Shown here: piece by piece, positions 25,680-37,214 of the stretch
How positions within the stretch are numbered: position 1 is the stretch's first letter
How the letters are laid out: each line of letters opens with the position of its first letter
Assembly (NCBI GenBank): GCA_951406725.2
Contig: OX597823.1
Coordinates: 67,766,001-67,830,000 of the forward strand
From: Octopus vulgaris
Taxonomy: Eukaryota
Reading direction: 5' to 3'
Length of the DNA stretch: 64,000 nucleotides
Translations under genes and position numbers: made by a program
Notes under the pieces: generated by a model
Told to the model about the DNA's origin: nothing
Databases searched by the model: none
The model's input: the letters and a program-made list of their open reading frames with translations, nothing else

Positions 25680-26282
25680 ACTCTAAGTGGAAAGAAACTC
25701 AGGAAGAGCATAACAGCAGGTAGTCCTCAGAGTAGAAACCCCCTTTAGGCAAGTGTTTCAGCCCTTAACTCCTGACACTCTTGTGGGGGGTTGGGCCACA
25801 TCTGAGTCATGACTCTCGGATGTCCACCTGCTGTTCGTTTTAGTACGCCTTAAGTGGGATTGGTTTTTCTAGTTTCTAGCACTGCTGTGATGCATGCTGC
25901 GGCTTTGAGAAAGGCTAAGTACCCATTTCCAGCTGGGTACACTGCTGAGCACTCAGACGACCCAGGTGTGAGGGTTCGTTTTTCTCACGCATTCAAACCT
26001 GGATCACTGGCTCCAGAGGCGCAGGCCTACACAACTATGCCAATCTGGTGCTCGCTTGAATTGGGGCAAATTAAAGCTTTATGAATTTGGCCTTTGTTCT
26101 TCCTAGACCAGATCCAACTTGAGGCCTTCTCCACCGCTTCTCCCATGGCCTTCAGTATTCTAGTCCTGCTTCTTCCAGAGATGGACAGCTGTTTCATGAG
26201 GCTGTAAGCAGATGAGCCTACAAATCCCCTGATGCCGACCTTGGCTGCGGAGACTTTGGTTTTGAATCCAGCATCCCTCATA
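25680..26282 (-). mobile_element. HERO/NeSL-type RLE non-LTR retrotransposon 3' fragment
   Basis: GFKTKVSAAKVGIRGFVG...AMGEAVEKASSWIW resembles the EVGCRGF...AExASxWLW C-terminus of HERO-type elements. Confidence 0.7.
25915..26048 (-). mobile_element. tRNA-like head plus SINE core-like box inside the LINE 3' UTR
   Basis: Minus strand: tggcatagttg (A box), gc-ctCTGga-gc (anticodon-like loop), ggtttgaat (B box), acccagctggaaatgggtac. Confidence 0.6.
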
Positions 26283-27748
26283 TAAAAGCAAAAAAATCCC
26301 TTATCTTTTATCTTTTACTTGTTTCAGTCATTGGATTGCAGTCATGCTTTGGACCCTACCATCAAGGGTTCTGTCAAATAAATCAATGCCAGCACTTATT
26401 TTTTTAAAAACCTGGTACTTGTTCTATCAATCTTTCAGAACTGCTAAATTTAAAGGGATGTAAATAAACCAGCACTAGTTGGCAAGTATGGTGGTAAGGA
26501 ACAAACACACACACACACCATCTGTAAGTGATACAGTAAAAGATATGCAAGACTTTCCTCAAATTTAAAATATGAATTTGCTTTTGTTATCCATATTCCA
26601 ATGATGGAGCTTTGCATCTTTGTTAACCAGTTTCTTCCTCACAGGAAGATTTCAAATAATTAAAAATAGATGAGAACATACAGGCATACATTCATGTATA
26701 ATCCATCCATCCATCCATTTATCCATCCATCCATCCATCCATCCATCCATCCTGCCATTCCACAATGCAAGTGTAAAATGGAGAGAATATTGGTTTTCTT
26801 GTAGAATAGTCACAACTGCTTTTATTCTTAGGATGAGAGAACTGGAAAGCTATGAAATCCATGACATTTTCACTGGTACTAATGGCATAAATCGCTTTAG
26901 ATGGAAATGGATCTTACCTTCTGCTATAAGACTCTCATCAAAAATTAAAAGAATACTACCAAGCAAATAAAGAATTTGCTGATTTTTCACAACATTACTC
27001 TTGTATTCTCTTTGTGAAGTTCATACATCCAAATACGTATGTGTTTGCACGCACACATGTGTGTGTGTATGTATGTGTGTGCATACAGTTATAGGTGCAA
27101 ACATAGTTGTGTAGTTAAAAGTTTGCTTCTTTACAGCAATGATTTGGTTTTAGCTTCAATGCATGGCACTTTGGCTGAGTGTCTTTTTACTATAGCTCTG
27201 TGCTATGCTGCCCTGTTCCTTGTGAGGGTATTTGTTAGACTGAAGCTGCAAGCTTATTAAGTACACATGTGTAACCAAAATATTATTGCAAAAGGGAAAA
27301 ATCAAATATAATGTGAAGTTTGAATGAAGATGATACATCGTAAAAATGAATGAGTGAAGAGCAATTAGTTATGAAGATGGCCATTTATTTAGTTGGTTAT
27401 AATTTTGTTACAGTATAAAATAAAAACGATGTTGTTGCATTGTTTGTTCATGTATATACATGATGGTGAGTTGTTGCAGTAAAATTTTTTCAGATTCCAT
27501 GGATTCTTTATGTGTGGGAGCTAGCTCAATTGTCAGTTGCTAGAGAGGAAAAAAAAAAAGAATGAGATTTGTATTATCAGGCATTGTTGCATGGTCAGTA
27601 GCTTGCTTACCAACCACATGATTCCAGGTTCAGTCCCATTGTGTGGCACCTTGGGCAAGTGTCTTCACTATAGCTTCAGGCCAACCAAAGCCTTGTGAGT
27701 GGATTTGGTAGACAGAAACTAAAAGAAGCCCATCGTATATATATATAT

Positions 27749-27987
27749 AACTATAAACTAGGGTATCTGAGAGATACCACCATGCTGAAATAGCAGTCAA
27801 AACCCTGACCCTAAAGCCACTTTGAATGTTCATATAGCATTAGGAGAGAAAACAGAGAGACAAAATAAACTAGCAAAAAAAGATTTTTCTGGATAATTCA
27901 AGATCCTGGATTTCTGGCTTTGCCTCAGAGAAGCTCTGCCTTCTTCAGTTGAATATACCAGATAAGCACATAAATACACACACACAC

Positions 27988-28041
<54 letters not shown>

Positions 28042-28236
28042 CACATACACAGAACATACATTATACTTACATATACGAATGCTCATACATACATATATAT
28101 GCACGTATGTACAAGGGCCAGCTTAAGTTGCCTGCCAAACAGCTCCAAAGCGCTAACATTTAAAATGGCTTTAGGGTCAAGGTTTTGACAGCTATTTCAG
28201 CATAGTGGTATCTCTCAGATACCTTAATTTATAGTT
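27749..28236. repeat. ~82 bp inverted repeat pair (27749-27830 / 28155-28236)
   Basis: ggtatctgagagataccaccatgctgaaatagcagtcaaaacc and its reverse complement; contains a hammerhead-like 3' half GAAAt-agct-gTC. Confidence 0.85.
27896..27954 (-). ncRNA. Type I hammerhead ribozyme motif with intact core
   Basis: attcaa CTGAAGA a ggc...gcc a GAAA tccagga TC ttgaat: perfect 6-bp stem I. Confidence 0.75.
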
Positions 28237-28418
28237 TTAAAAAAAATATTACCTTTGTATGGAATTTATTCCCATGTTGGCCACTTCATAAGATCGATAT
28301 TTAAATATCGATATTATCCTTATTCATAAATTTATATATATATGTTTATATATATATATAATTAATAGTAGGAAATATATTGTTTAATTATTATATCTTC
28401 ATTTATTTTATATTATTT

Positions 28419-28523
28419 TTGACCTGATGAGTGGCTATATATTTTTAAATCTTAATTTTAAATTGAATTAATATTAACTTTTAATATTATCGATTTATAT
28501 AGTCATGAAATGCCCGTAGTCAA
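28419..28523 (+). ncRNA. Type I hammerhead motif with long stem II insert
   Basis: ttgac CTGATGA gtggctatat [56 nt] atatagtcat GAAA tgcccg TA gtcaa. Confidence 0.7.
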
Positions 28524-28605
28524 TTTAATGTTTATTTAATTTAGTGATTTTTAGAATAATGTTTATTATATGTTTAAATTCTTTCTATATGATTTATTAT
28601 AGATA

Positions 28606-29885
28606 CGAGGGGCGTTCAATAAGTAATGCCTCTGACCCACTTCCCATAGCAGTAGAGCAACGACACTTGGCACAGTTATTAGTCTTTTCCTACATAGGAA
28701 CGACCCAGAGTTATGCATTTCTCCCATCGTTTGATACAGCTCTGGAGACCGTTTTTGTAGAAGACCCCAGCTTGGTCCCCCAACCACGACGTGACTTCAG
28801 AAATCAAGGCTGCATCATCTGGGAAACGCTTTCCTTTCAAAATCAACTTCATGGCTGGGAAGAGGTGAAAATCAGAGGGTGCAAGGGGAGGAGTTCATAA
28901 CTGCACGCCTGTGCTTCTGATCTGGCGACACGCGAGTTGTGGACCGGAGCGTTGTCCTGCAGGAGGAGGATGCCTTTGCTGATCTTGCCCCGCCTCTTGA
29001 TTTTGATAGCTTCTCTTAATTTCCTCAAAAGTGAAGCATAATAGGCTCCTGTAATTGTGGTACCCTTTGCCAGGAAATCTGTCATCACTACTCCGTCCTG
29101 GTCCCAGAAGACTGTGAGCATGACCGTGTCAGCGGAGGGCTGCACCCTTGCCTTCTTTGGAGGAGGTGAGTCACGGTGCTTTCACTGCATTGACTGGGCT
29201 TTGGTCTATGGATCATAGTGATGGACCCAGGTTTTATCCTGTGTGATCAGTCTTTTGAAAAATTTTGACTCAGCTTCTTGGCACATCTCTAAAATCATCC
29301 TCGAGCACTCAACGCGTTCTTGCTTCTGGAAAGGTGTGAGCAACCTGGAAATCCATCTGGCAGACACCTTTTGCATATGCAAATGGTCATGAATGATAGT
29401 TTCCACAGACCCGGTACTAATCTTGACCTCATGGGCTATTTGGCGAATAGTTATGCATTGACCTTCCAAAATGGCAGCCTCAACTTGACGGACAGACGTC
29501 TCATCAACGGCAGAAGGGGGCGACCAGATCTGGGAGCTGTTTCCACAGAGTTCCGACTATGTTTGAATTCACAATGCCAGCGTTTTACAAGGTCATATGA
29601 TGGGGCATCATCACCATAAGTTACTTTCATTTCATCAAAAGTCTCCTGTGGTGTGCGTCCTTTCAAATACAAAAACCAGATCACTGCTCGAGACTCAACA
29701 GGCTCCATTTCACACTTGACTCAGTTCAAACACCTGTAAATCAGAAACCACAATTAGTTCAGAGCTGTAATTCGCCACTTAATCTATAGAGGTATAAATA
29801 AGTGCACATGCAGATCAAACAACTGATCAGCTAGATCAAACAACTGCAAGTGGGTCAGGGGCATTACTTATTGAACGCCCCCTCG
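28606..29885 (-). mobile_element. Full-length mariner transposon (irritans-like), frameshifted
   Basis: TIRs cgaggggcgttcaataagtaatgcc / ggcattacttattgaacgccccctcg, TA TSDs; peptides RAVIWFLYLKG, TQDKTWVHHYDP, VMLTVFWD, LLQDNAPVH. Confidence 0.95.
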
Positions 29886-30011
29886 TAATATCTTTCACTA
29901 TCAATTGAATTACTTAGAGGTTTTGTCTATAAATTATATATATATATCTTACAGAGATGTACTTGCATAGCAAGTGAGCTGATCTGAGATTGTGTGCTGA
30001 AGCAGTTACAG

Positions 30012-30272
30012 AGTGGAAGGTGTTTATAAGCCATTTAAAAACACACAAAAACTGTTAGATTCACTTCAACCTTTTAATTTAATTTGCCAAAATATTTTCA
30101 TCAGTTTGAGACCGCAATCTGATCACTGGCAAAATTCCGTACAGCATGGAATTTTATCTGATCAGGATCTCGGTCTCAAAGCGACAAAAATATTTTGGCA
30201 AATTAAATTTAAATGTTGAAGTGAATCTAACAGTTTTTGTGTGTTTTTAAATGGCTTATTAACACCTTCCAT
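30012..30272. repeat. ~260 bp imperfect palindrome (fold-back element)
   Basis: ggaaggtgtttataagccatttaaaaacacacaaaaactgttagattcacttcaac is mirrored; centre aaaattccgtacagcatggaatttt. Confidence 0.9.
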
Positions 30273-30284
30273 GCTGCAATTGTT

Positions 30285-30319
<35 letters not shown>

Positions 30320-31351
30320 ATAAATAATCTGTGTGTATATGATTGTGTCTCTTTGTTTGTCTCCCCACCATCACTTGACAACTGATGTTGGTGTGTTTAC
30401 ATCCCCATAACTTAGCAGTTTGGCAAAAGGAAACCGGTAGAATAAGTACTAGGCTTACAGAGAATGTCCTGGGGTCAATTTATTTGACTAAAGGCAGTGC
30501 TCCAGCATGGCTGCAGTCAAATGATACAAGCAAATAAAAGAATAAACAAAGTAAAAACTGAGTTGTCCCTCTCTTTTCCATTCAACTGAGATGCTTGTTG
30601 GGCAGATGGCAGTAACCAAAGTGGTCTGAACATAATCCCCCCTGAGTGTATATAAAGTTTGGCAACTAAAATCATGAAGTGCAGAGAGGAGAAAACAAAA
30701 GGCCAGAAATTTATTTGACAATCAATAAAGATGTAGACTCAGTTTCAAATCTCAGCTAGTCCCTAAATATATATATATGCTTGTGCATGCACATCATCAT
30801 TGTTTTAATACGTACTTTCCCATACCGGCTTGGGTCAAACAGTATTCATTAAGACAGACTTTCTATGATCAGATACCCCTCTTGTCACTAACCCTTACCT
30901 GTATCCAAATAAGGTGATGTTTCTCACATGGCCAGATACATTTTCATGCAAGATTGGAAACACCACTTGTAAGGACAGTGTTACTTGCTTACAACTATCA
31001 CATGATGTTAAGGCAAAGAAACAGTCACATATGCACATATACATATGTACATACATACGTGCATACATACATACATATGTACATATGTACGTATGTACAT
31101 ACATAATGCATGCATGCATACATGCCTACATATATACATACATCAGGTTTCTTTCAGTTTCTGTGTACAAATCTGCTCACAAGGTTTGGTCAGCCTAGGT
31201 CTATAGAAGAACATGCTTGTTCCAGGTGTCACACTGTGGGATTGAACCCTCAAAATGTTCAGTTTACTTCATAACATCATGGAAAAGCAAATGTAAACAT
31301 GATGATTACAATGATGATGATTTATATTTATTAAAACTCAAAAAGAATCAG

Positions 31352-31750
31352 GCCTGAGCTTGATAAGCCCTAGTCTAGATTAGCTCTCAGCTAGATCAGC
31401 TCTGAGCTTGGTCTGAGTTAAATGAACTTTGAACTAGATGAACTCTTAGCTACATCAGCTCTGAGCTAGATGTACCCTGGGCAATATTAGTGCTGAGCAA
31501 TATCAAACCTGAGCTAGATCAGCCCTGAGCAATATCAGCCCTGAGCTAGATCAACCCTGAGCTAGATCAGTCCTGAGCAATATCAACCCTGAGCAATATC
31601 AACCCTGAGCTAGATCAGCCCTGAGCTAGATCAGCCCTGAGCTAGTTCAACCCTGAGTTAGATCAGCCTTGAGCTATATCAACCTCAAGCTAGATCAATC
31701 ATGAGCTACATCAACCCTGAGCAAGATCACTGCTGAACTAGACCATCCTT
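31352..31750. repeat. 16-bp minisatellite, ~24 units
   Basis: Consensus ccctgagctagatcag, variant ccctgagcaatatcaa. Confidence 0.95.
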
Positions 31751-32622
31751 GAAACTTTCCAGATGAAACAGTTCTTTTTTCAGCCACAATTTATCTTGGA
31801 CCACATCATACAAGACAATAATGATATGAAGGGAAATTGACCACTACTTTTAGAAATTTGAGACATCATGGGGGAGTTTACTTATTTGCTTTGATGTAAA
31901 TAGTTACAAGCAGTCCCCAGCCTGAACCAAGTGAGTTACGAACTTGAACTTAATACAGAGAAGCTACTGATACTTTGTTTTCAATTTTACAACAATCCTG
32001 ATATTTATAGTGTTGAACAGTAATTAACTATAGTACCTGGTTATTAGTAACCAGATGTGAATCACTAAATTGCTTGCAAATGTTCAGCTGGTGCTCTGTC
32101 AAGTTAGGTATCTGCAGCTCTTAGCAACTGGAAGACACTTGTTGACAAACACACACATACACACAAATGCACATACATACAAAAAAAATAAGATAAAAAA
32201 ATGAAAAATAAAAGAATGCCTCATTACATTCAAATCATTTCCAATTGAAATACATTAACAAGAATTTGGTAAAAGAATAAAGAAAAAAAAAGACAAAAGG
32301 GAAATACACTAATACAATTCCATTACTACTAAGAGTCTTAACATATGTCTAATGTAGATGTGACTTTGTTTTTAACGAATGCTTGACAACTGAAGAATAT
32401 GGATTTTTCCCTTTAGACAGTGATAACCATGTTTTGGTCGCAAGGAAAATGAAGCAACGAAACAAAAGAATGTTATTGATTACAAACTATTTCCTTTATG
32501 AAAATAAAATATTGTATAAAAGCAAACAAACAAACAAACAAAGAAAAAAACTGGTAACATTTCATAAGGCACAGTATATTTTTTTATTTATTTGTTTATT
32601 TATTTATTTTTTATTTATTTGT

Positions 32623-32653
<31 letters not shown>

Positions 32654-32782
32654 TTACGATGGCTATTTTTGCACAGAAAGTGATTTAAATTTCTTCCTGT
32701 CCTTTCTCCATGTTATTACATGGAAACTAAATGAGAGACTAGAAAAGAAAGATGAGTTTCGTTAAACATCATTACTACTACC

Positions 32783-32840
<58 letters not shown>

Positions 32841-33861
32841 TCTATTTATTTTCCTATTTCAAATTCTGTGCATGGACAAGGAAAATTAGAATATGTTGAT
32901 TCCAGATTGAATGAAGCTGAAAGAAATTCATCTTAGAAGAACAATATTACAAAGTGCTGCAGCTAATGGAGTTCCAATGTATTATTATTGTTATGTTAGA
33001 CTCAAGCCAAGATGATATCTATTTGAGAACACTATTCATGGTGAGATTCCTGCTATCACATGTCCAGCATACTTACAAAACGTTGTAAATCAATGTGATT
33101 AAGAATAATAGTCGCTAAAGCATTCCTTCAGGTCATTAACTGTAACTAATCCATGTGAATGAGAAAAGTAACTTATTTAACAACTGTACTATAACAGAAT
33201 ATTGCTAGGGGGTGGGTGGGGGTGGGGGAGAAGAAGGGATGTGAATGATCTCCATCATCATGTCTTATTAACTTCAGAGCATTAAGAAATTAGTTATGTG
33301 AACTGCAATTAAAGATGTATTGTCTCTTCTTTGCTGATTAACACATTACTCTGAGTAACAAACGGATTGTAAAAGGATTGTCCAAGCATAGAATTTGATT
33401 GTGAAGTTGGGGTCAAAATCATTTAGCATTTTCTATGAATTTACAACATAGGAAATGTTGTTTGTAATTGCTTTTGTTTAATTCCAGGTTTACTCTGATT
33501 GATTAGAACTCTGACCAAAGATGTTCCAACTATGAACACCTTATTTACAGACATAATATATCTGTGATTATGTTATATAGTGGGTACTTTGTTTTTAATT
33601 TAAGATAGTAGGGTGTCATTTGTGGAAGATTTGGCTGCTGCTTTTAATAGTTCTAATGACCACATAGAGGCTTCTTATCCAAGGAGCCACTGCAACGTGA
33701 ACAGTAATGTTTATACTCAAAATATTGATTCTGCTATGAATTCAAAAGAGGTTAAATATCATCAAATATGTATTTGAGACACCCACCCACCCACACATAC
33801 AATAACTAAGTTTGCACTGTTACTATGAGGTCCTAGTTTCAATTCTGCAGCTTAGCATAGT

Positions 33862-34441
33862 GGGAGTGGCTGTGTGGTAAGTAGCTTGCTTACAAACCAC
33901 ATGGTTCTGGGTTCAGTCCCACTGCGTGGTACCTTGAGCAAGTGTCTTCTACTATAGCCTCGGGCCAATCAAAGCCTTGTGAGTGGATTTGGTAGACGGA
34001 AACTGAAAGAAGACCATCGTGTGTATATATATATATATACACACAAGATAAGAAAATGGAGAAATACATCTAAATCAAATATCAATTACCAGATAATACT
34101 CAATCACATACTTTATTAAACCACCACATAAGAGACTGTAGGGTTAAACATAAAAAAAGCAGAACAAATCAGCGTACATAAAGGAATGTACATAAAAAAG
34201 TGTACATAAAAGAATAATGTTGTATAATAAATAGAATATATATAAAAAAGAGAAGTAATTATAAATATAAGTATAGTAATTTGTGGTAAATCATTTTACC
34301 TTTGCCCATATAATACAGTAAATGAATTGATTGCATCGCAATCCTTAACATTTATGTATTAACTTTGTTGGGTACTTCACTAGCAGTATATTGGATATAT
34401 GTTATCCCATGGAGGGTTGCATTTACAACCCTATCTCAGTT

Positions 34442-34495
<54 letters not shown>

Positions 34496-34706
34496 AGTAT
34501 ATGTTTGTATGTCTGTGTTTGTCACCCCAACATCGCTTGACAACCGATGCTGGTGTGTTTACATCCCCATAACTTAGTGGTTCGGCAAAAGAGTCTGATA
34601 GAATAAGTACTCGGCTTACAAAGAATAAGTCATGGGGTTGATTTACTCGACTAAAGGCGGTGCTTCAGCATGGCCACAATCAAATGACTGAAACAAGTAA
34701 AAGAGC
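33862..34706 (+). mobile_element. SINE family A split by a ~400 bp insert in its microsatellite
   Basis: 5' half to ~34025, 3' half from ~34500. Confidence 0.9.
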
Positions 34707-34984
34707 ATCATGGGCAAGTGTTATTTCTTGTAACCACAGGTTTTTCTCTTACCTTGTGGTAAGATGAAAATTGTGTAGAAGTCTGTTGTATGGATTGTAT
34801 CTGTAATTCAAAGATCCAACCCAGTCACACTGCATCGTGCTGATTCCTTCTGAAAATTAAACTAAGATTACATGTGTTTGTGGAATACTCACCAACACAC
34901 ATGCTACTTGAACTGACATCATTGTATAGTTTATTGAATAATTGAGCACTTATGGTTAGAAATTCAAACTGAGATCACACTATG

Positions 34985-36850
34985 GTGCAACACCATCAAG
35001 GTCATTACATGGTTTAAGGCAAATAGGGTAAGGGTAGAGCTTATCTTACCCAAATTTGATATAGTAGATTTTTACTCATCTATATCAAAGGAGCTCTTGT
35101 TAAGGCACTGGAATTCACCAAGGCCCACACTGAAGTCAGTGATGAAGACATATGCATTATCATGCATGCCAGAAGAACCCTACTCTTCAGTAAGGGGTCA
35201 GACTGGGCCCAACACACTGAACCAGAGGGTGTCTTTGACGTGGTAATGGGTGCATTCAACAGTGCTGACATATGTGACCTAGTCGGTCTCTTCATCCTAG
35301 ATACACTTAAAAAGAAATTCCCTTCAACTAACTTTGGCCTCTGCAGACATGACGTGCTGGCAATATCAAGAGGAGTCAATGGCCACATGCTAGATAGGCT
35401 CAGAAAGGACCTCACAGGCATGGTGAACTCCTTTGGACTGAAGGTCATGATAGAAACCAACCTGAAAATGGTAGATTTCCTTGATGTGACCCTTGACCTG
35501 GAATCTGCCACCCCGTGCTACAACTGGGCTCTGGCTGCAAGTGGTTTCAAGGATAGCATTAGTTACATCCCAGACCCTAGCCCCATCAAGAGAAAGCACT
35601 GCTGGAAAGTGCTGTGGTTCATGCTGCTCTTCTCTTTAAACATTAAGACCATTGTAGGTAAGATTTTCCTTAGTTTAGTTGATAGGCACTTCCTCTGTAT
35701 GCCCTGAGTCTTTTCTTTAGCTGTGCATCTAATGTAAAAAACATTTTAGTAGGTAGGCCTGCACCCAAGGCAGAGGCAGGATGTTCAAGCAGGGGTAGCA
35801 CAACTTGTCTGCTGAACAGCTGCTGCAACATGGAGACAGTAGTATATGAGGCAGAGGTAACAGCCACAGGACCAAATGGACAATTGGGCTTGCAGAAGTA
35901 TATGGGGGCAATGGAAAGCCTCTTGAGAACCTGCTTTAACAACTGCAAGTCCCCTTGCAACATCCCAGAGAGACGTAATGCCAGAACTCTAGTCCAGCAC
36001 ATTTGGTCTTTGAAAGAAAGTGTCACAAAGTACAGCATAAAGTGGAAGATCCTGGAAAAAATGCAAGCCATACTTCAATAGCAGCAGGAAGTGCAGGTTA
36101 TGCATGGCTGAAAAGAGAGCAATATTAAAGTGTATCCAATGCCTGGATGTTTACCTGAAAAGCAGGAGTGAGGCATTTAATCCCTGCCCATATGAAAGGA
36201 AGTACATCTTATTGTACCTGCATGCCCCACCATGACAGCAACAACAGATCCCTTTGACCTTCCACAAATGCCCTCAAATCCGGCAAAGAGTTTGACTAAA
36301 GCACACAATGCACCCATACACACGCACACCCCTATTAGGCAGACACTGCGCACTATAGACTGTCTCCCATCACCCCCAGCATATACCCCTTTCACACACA
36401 TTGTTCTCTCACACACTGAGATACCCCCCCCCCATCACACGACCTTATCCTTTACAGAAAGAAAACAGACCAACGAACACTCCTATATATATACCCACAA
36501 CCCCAGAAAAAATTATGCACATGACACCACATCCACATAAGAGCACCACACTTAATAACACACACCTCCCTCACAAAATGCTTTAAGATAACTCTTAATG
36601 GCCTCACAGCATACCCAACCAAAGGGCACAACTCCTAACTTAATCCCCTGGCACATTTTCATATCACCACTCATTTTCACTGCAACAGCTGACTGGTTGT
36701 GTTAATCCACCTCTGATAATAAAGAGGAGTCACCATATTCCCTTCCATATCAGCTTACCCTGATGAGTGTAAGGTTATATAGTCAGATTGTTATCAAACA
36801 CTCCATTGTATTCCTTGCATGAAACTGATTGGTAAGATCAGCTGTGATGG
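34985..36850 (+). mobile_element. Penelope-like retroelement (RT + GIY-YIG), internally deleted and decayed
   Basis: RT: FDVVMGAFNSADICDLVGLFIL, GLCRHDV (YRDD position), VDFLDVTLDL. EN: VVYEAEV..KYMG...LVQHIWSLK...IKWKIL...CRLCMAEK. Terminal hammerhead. Confidence 0.9.
36754..36836 (+). ncRNA. Hammerhead ribozyme motif at the PLE 3' end
   Basis: cttacc CTGATGA gtgtaagg [38 nt] ccttgcat GAAA ctga TT ggtaag. Confidence 0.75.
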
Positions 36851-36877
36851 ATATATAATACTATATATTTCAGATAA

Positions 36878-37214
36878 GGCACAGGAGTGGCTGTGTGGTA
36901 AGTAGCTTGCTTAACAACCACATTGTTCCAGGTTCAGTCCCACTGCGTGGCACCTTGGGCAAGTGTCTATAGCTTCAGGCCAACCAAAGCCTTGTGAGTG
37001 GATTTGGTTGTTGGAAACTGAAAGATGCCCATCAACATCACTCGACAACCAATGCTGGTGTGTTTACAACCTCGTAACTTAGCAGTTCAGCAAAATAGAC
37101 CGATAGAATAAGTACTAGGCTTAGAAAGAATAAGTCCTGGTGTTGAGATGCTTGACTAAAGGTGGTGCTCCAGCATGGCTGCAGTCAAATGACTGAAATA
37201 AATAAAAGAATAAA
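36878..37214 (+). mobile_element. SINE family A lacking the central microsatellite
   Basis: The halves are joined directly at gcccatcaacatcactcgacaacc. Confidence 0.9.

Larger units (their letters stand above)
27585..30548 (+). mobile_element. SINE family A split by ~2.6 kb of nested insertions
   Basis: 5' half ends gaagcccatcgtatatat (~27745); 3' half resumes tttgtctccccaccatcacttgacaac (~30353). Confidence 0.8.

Noticed and set aside
33208-33228. G-quadruplex-like run
   Set aside because: Isolated low-complexity tract with no supporting context.
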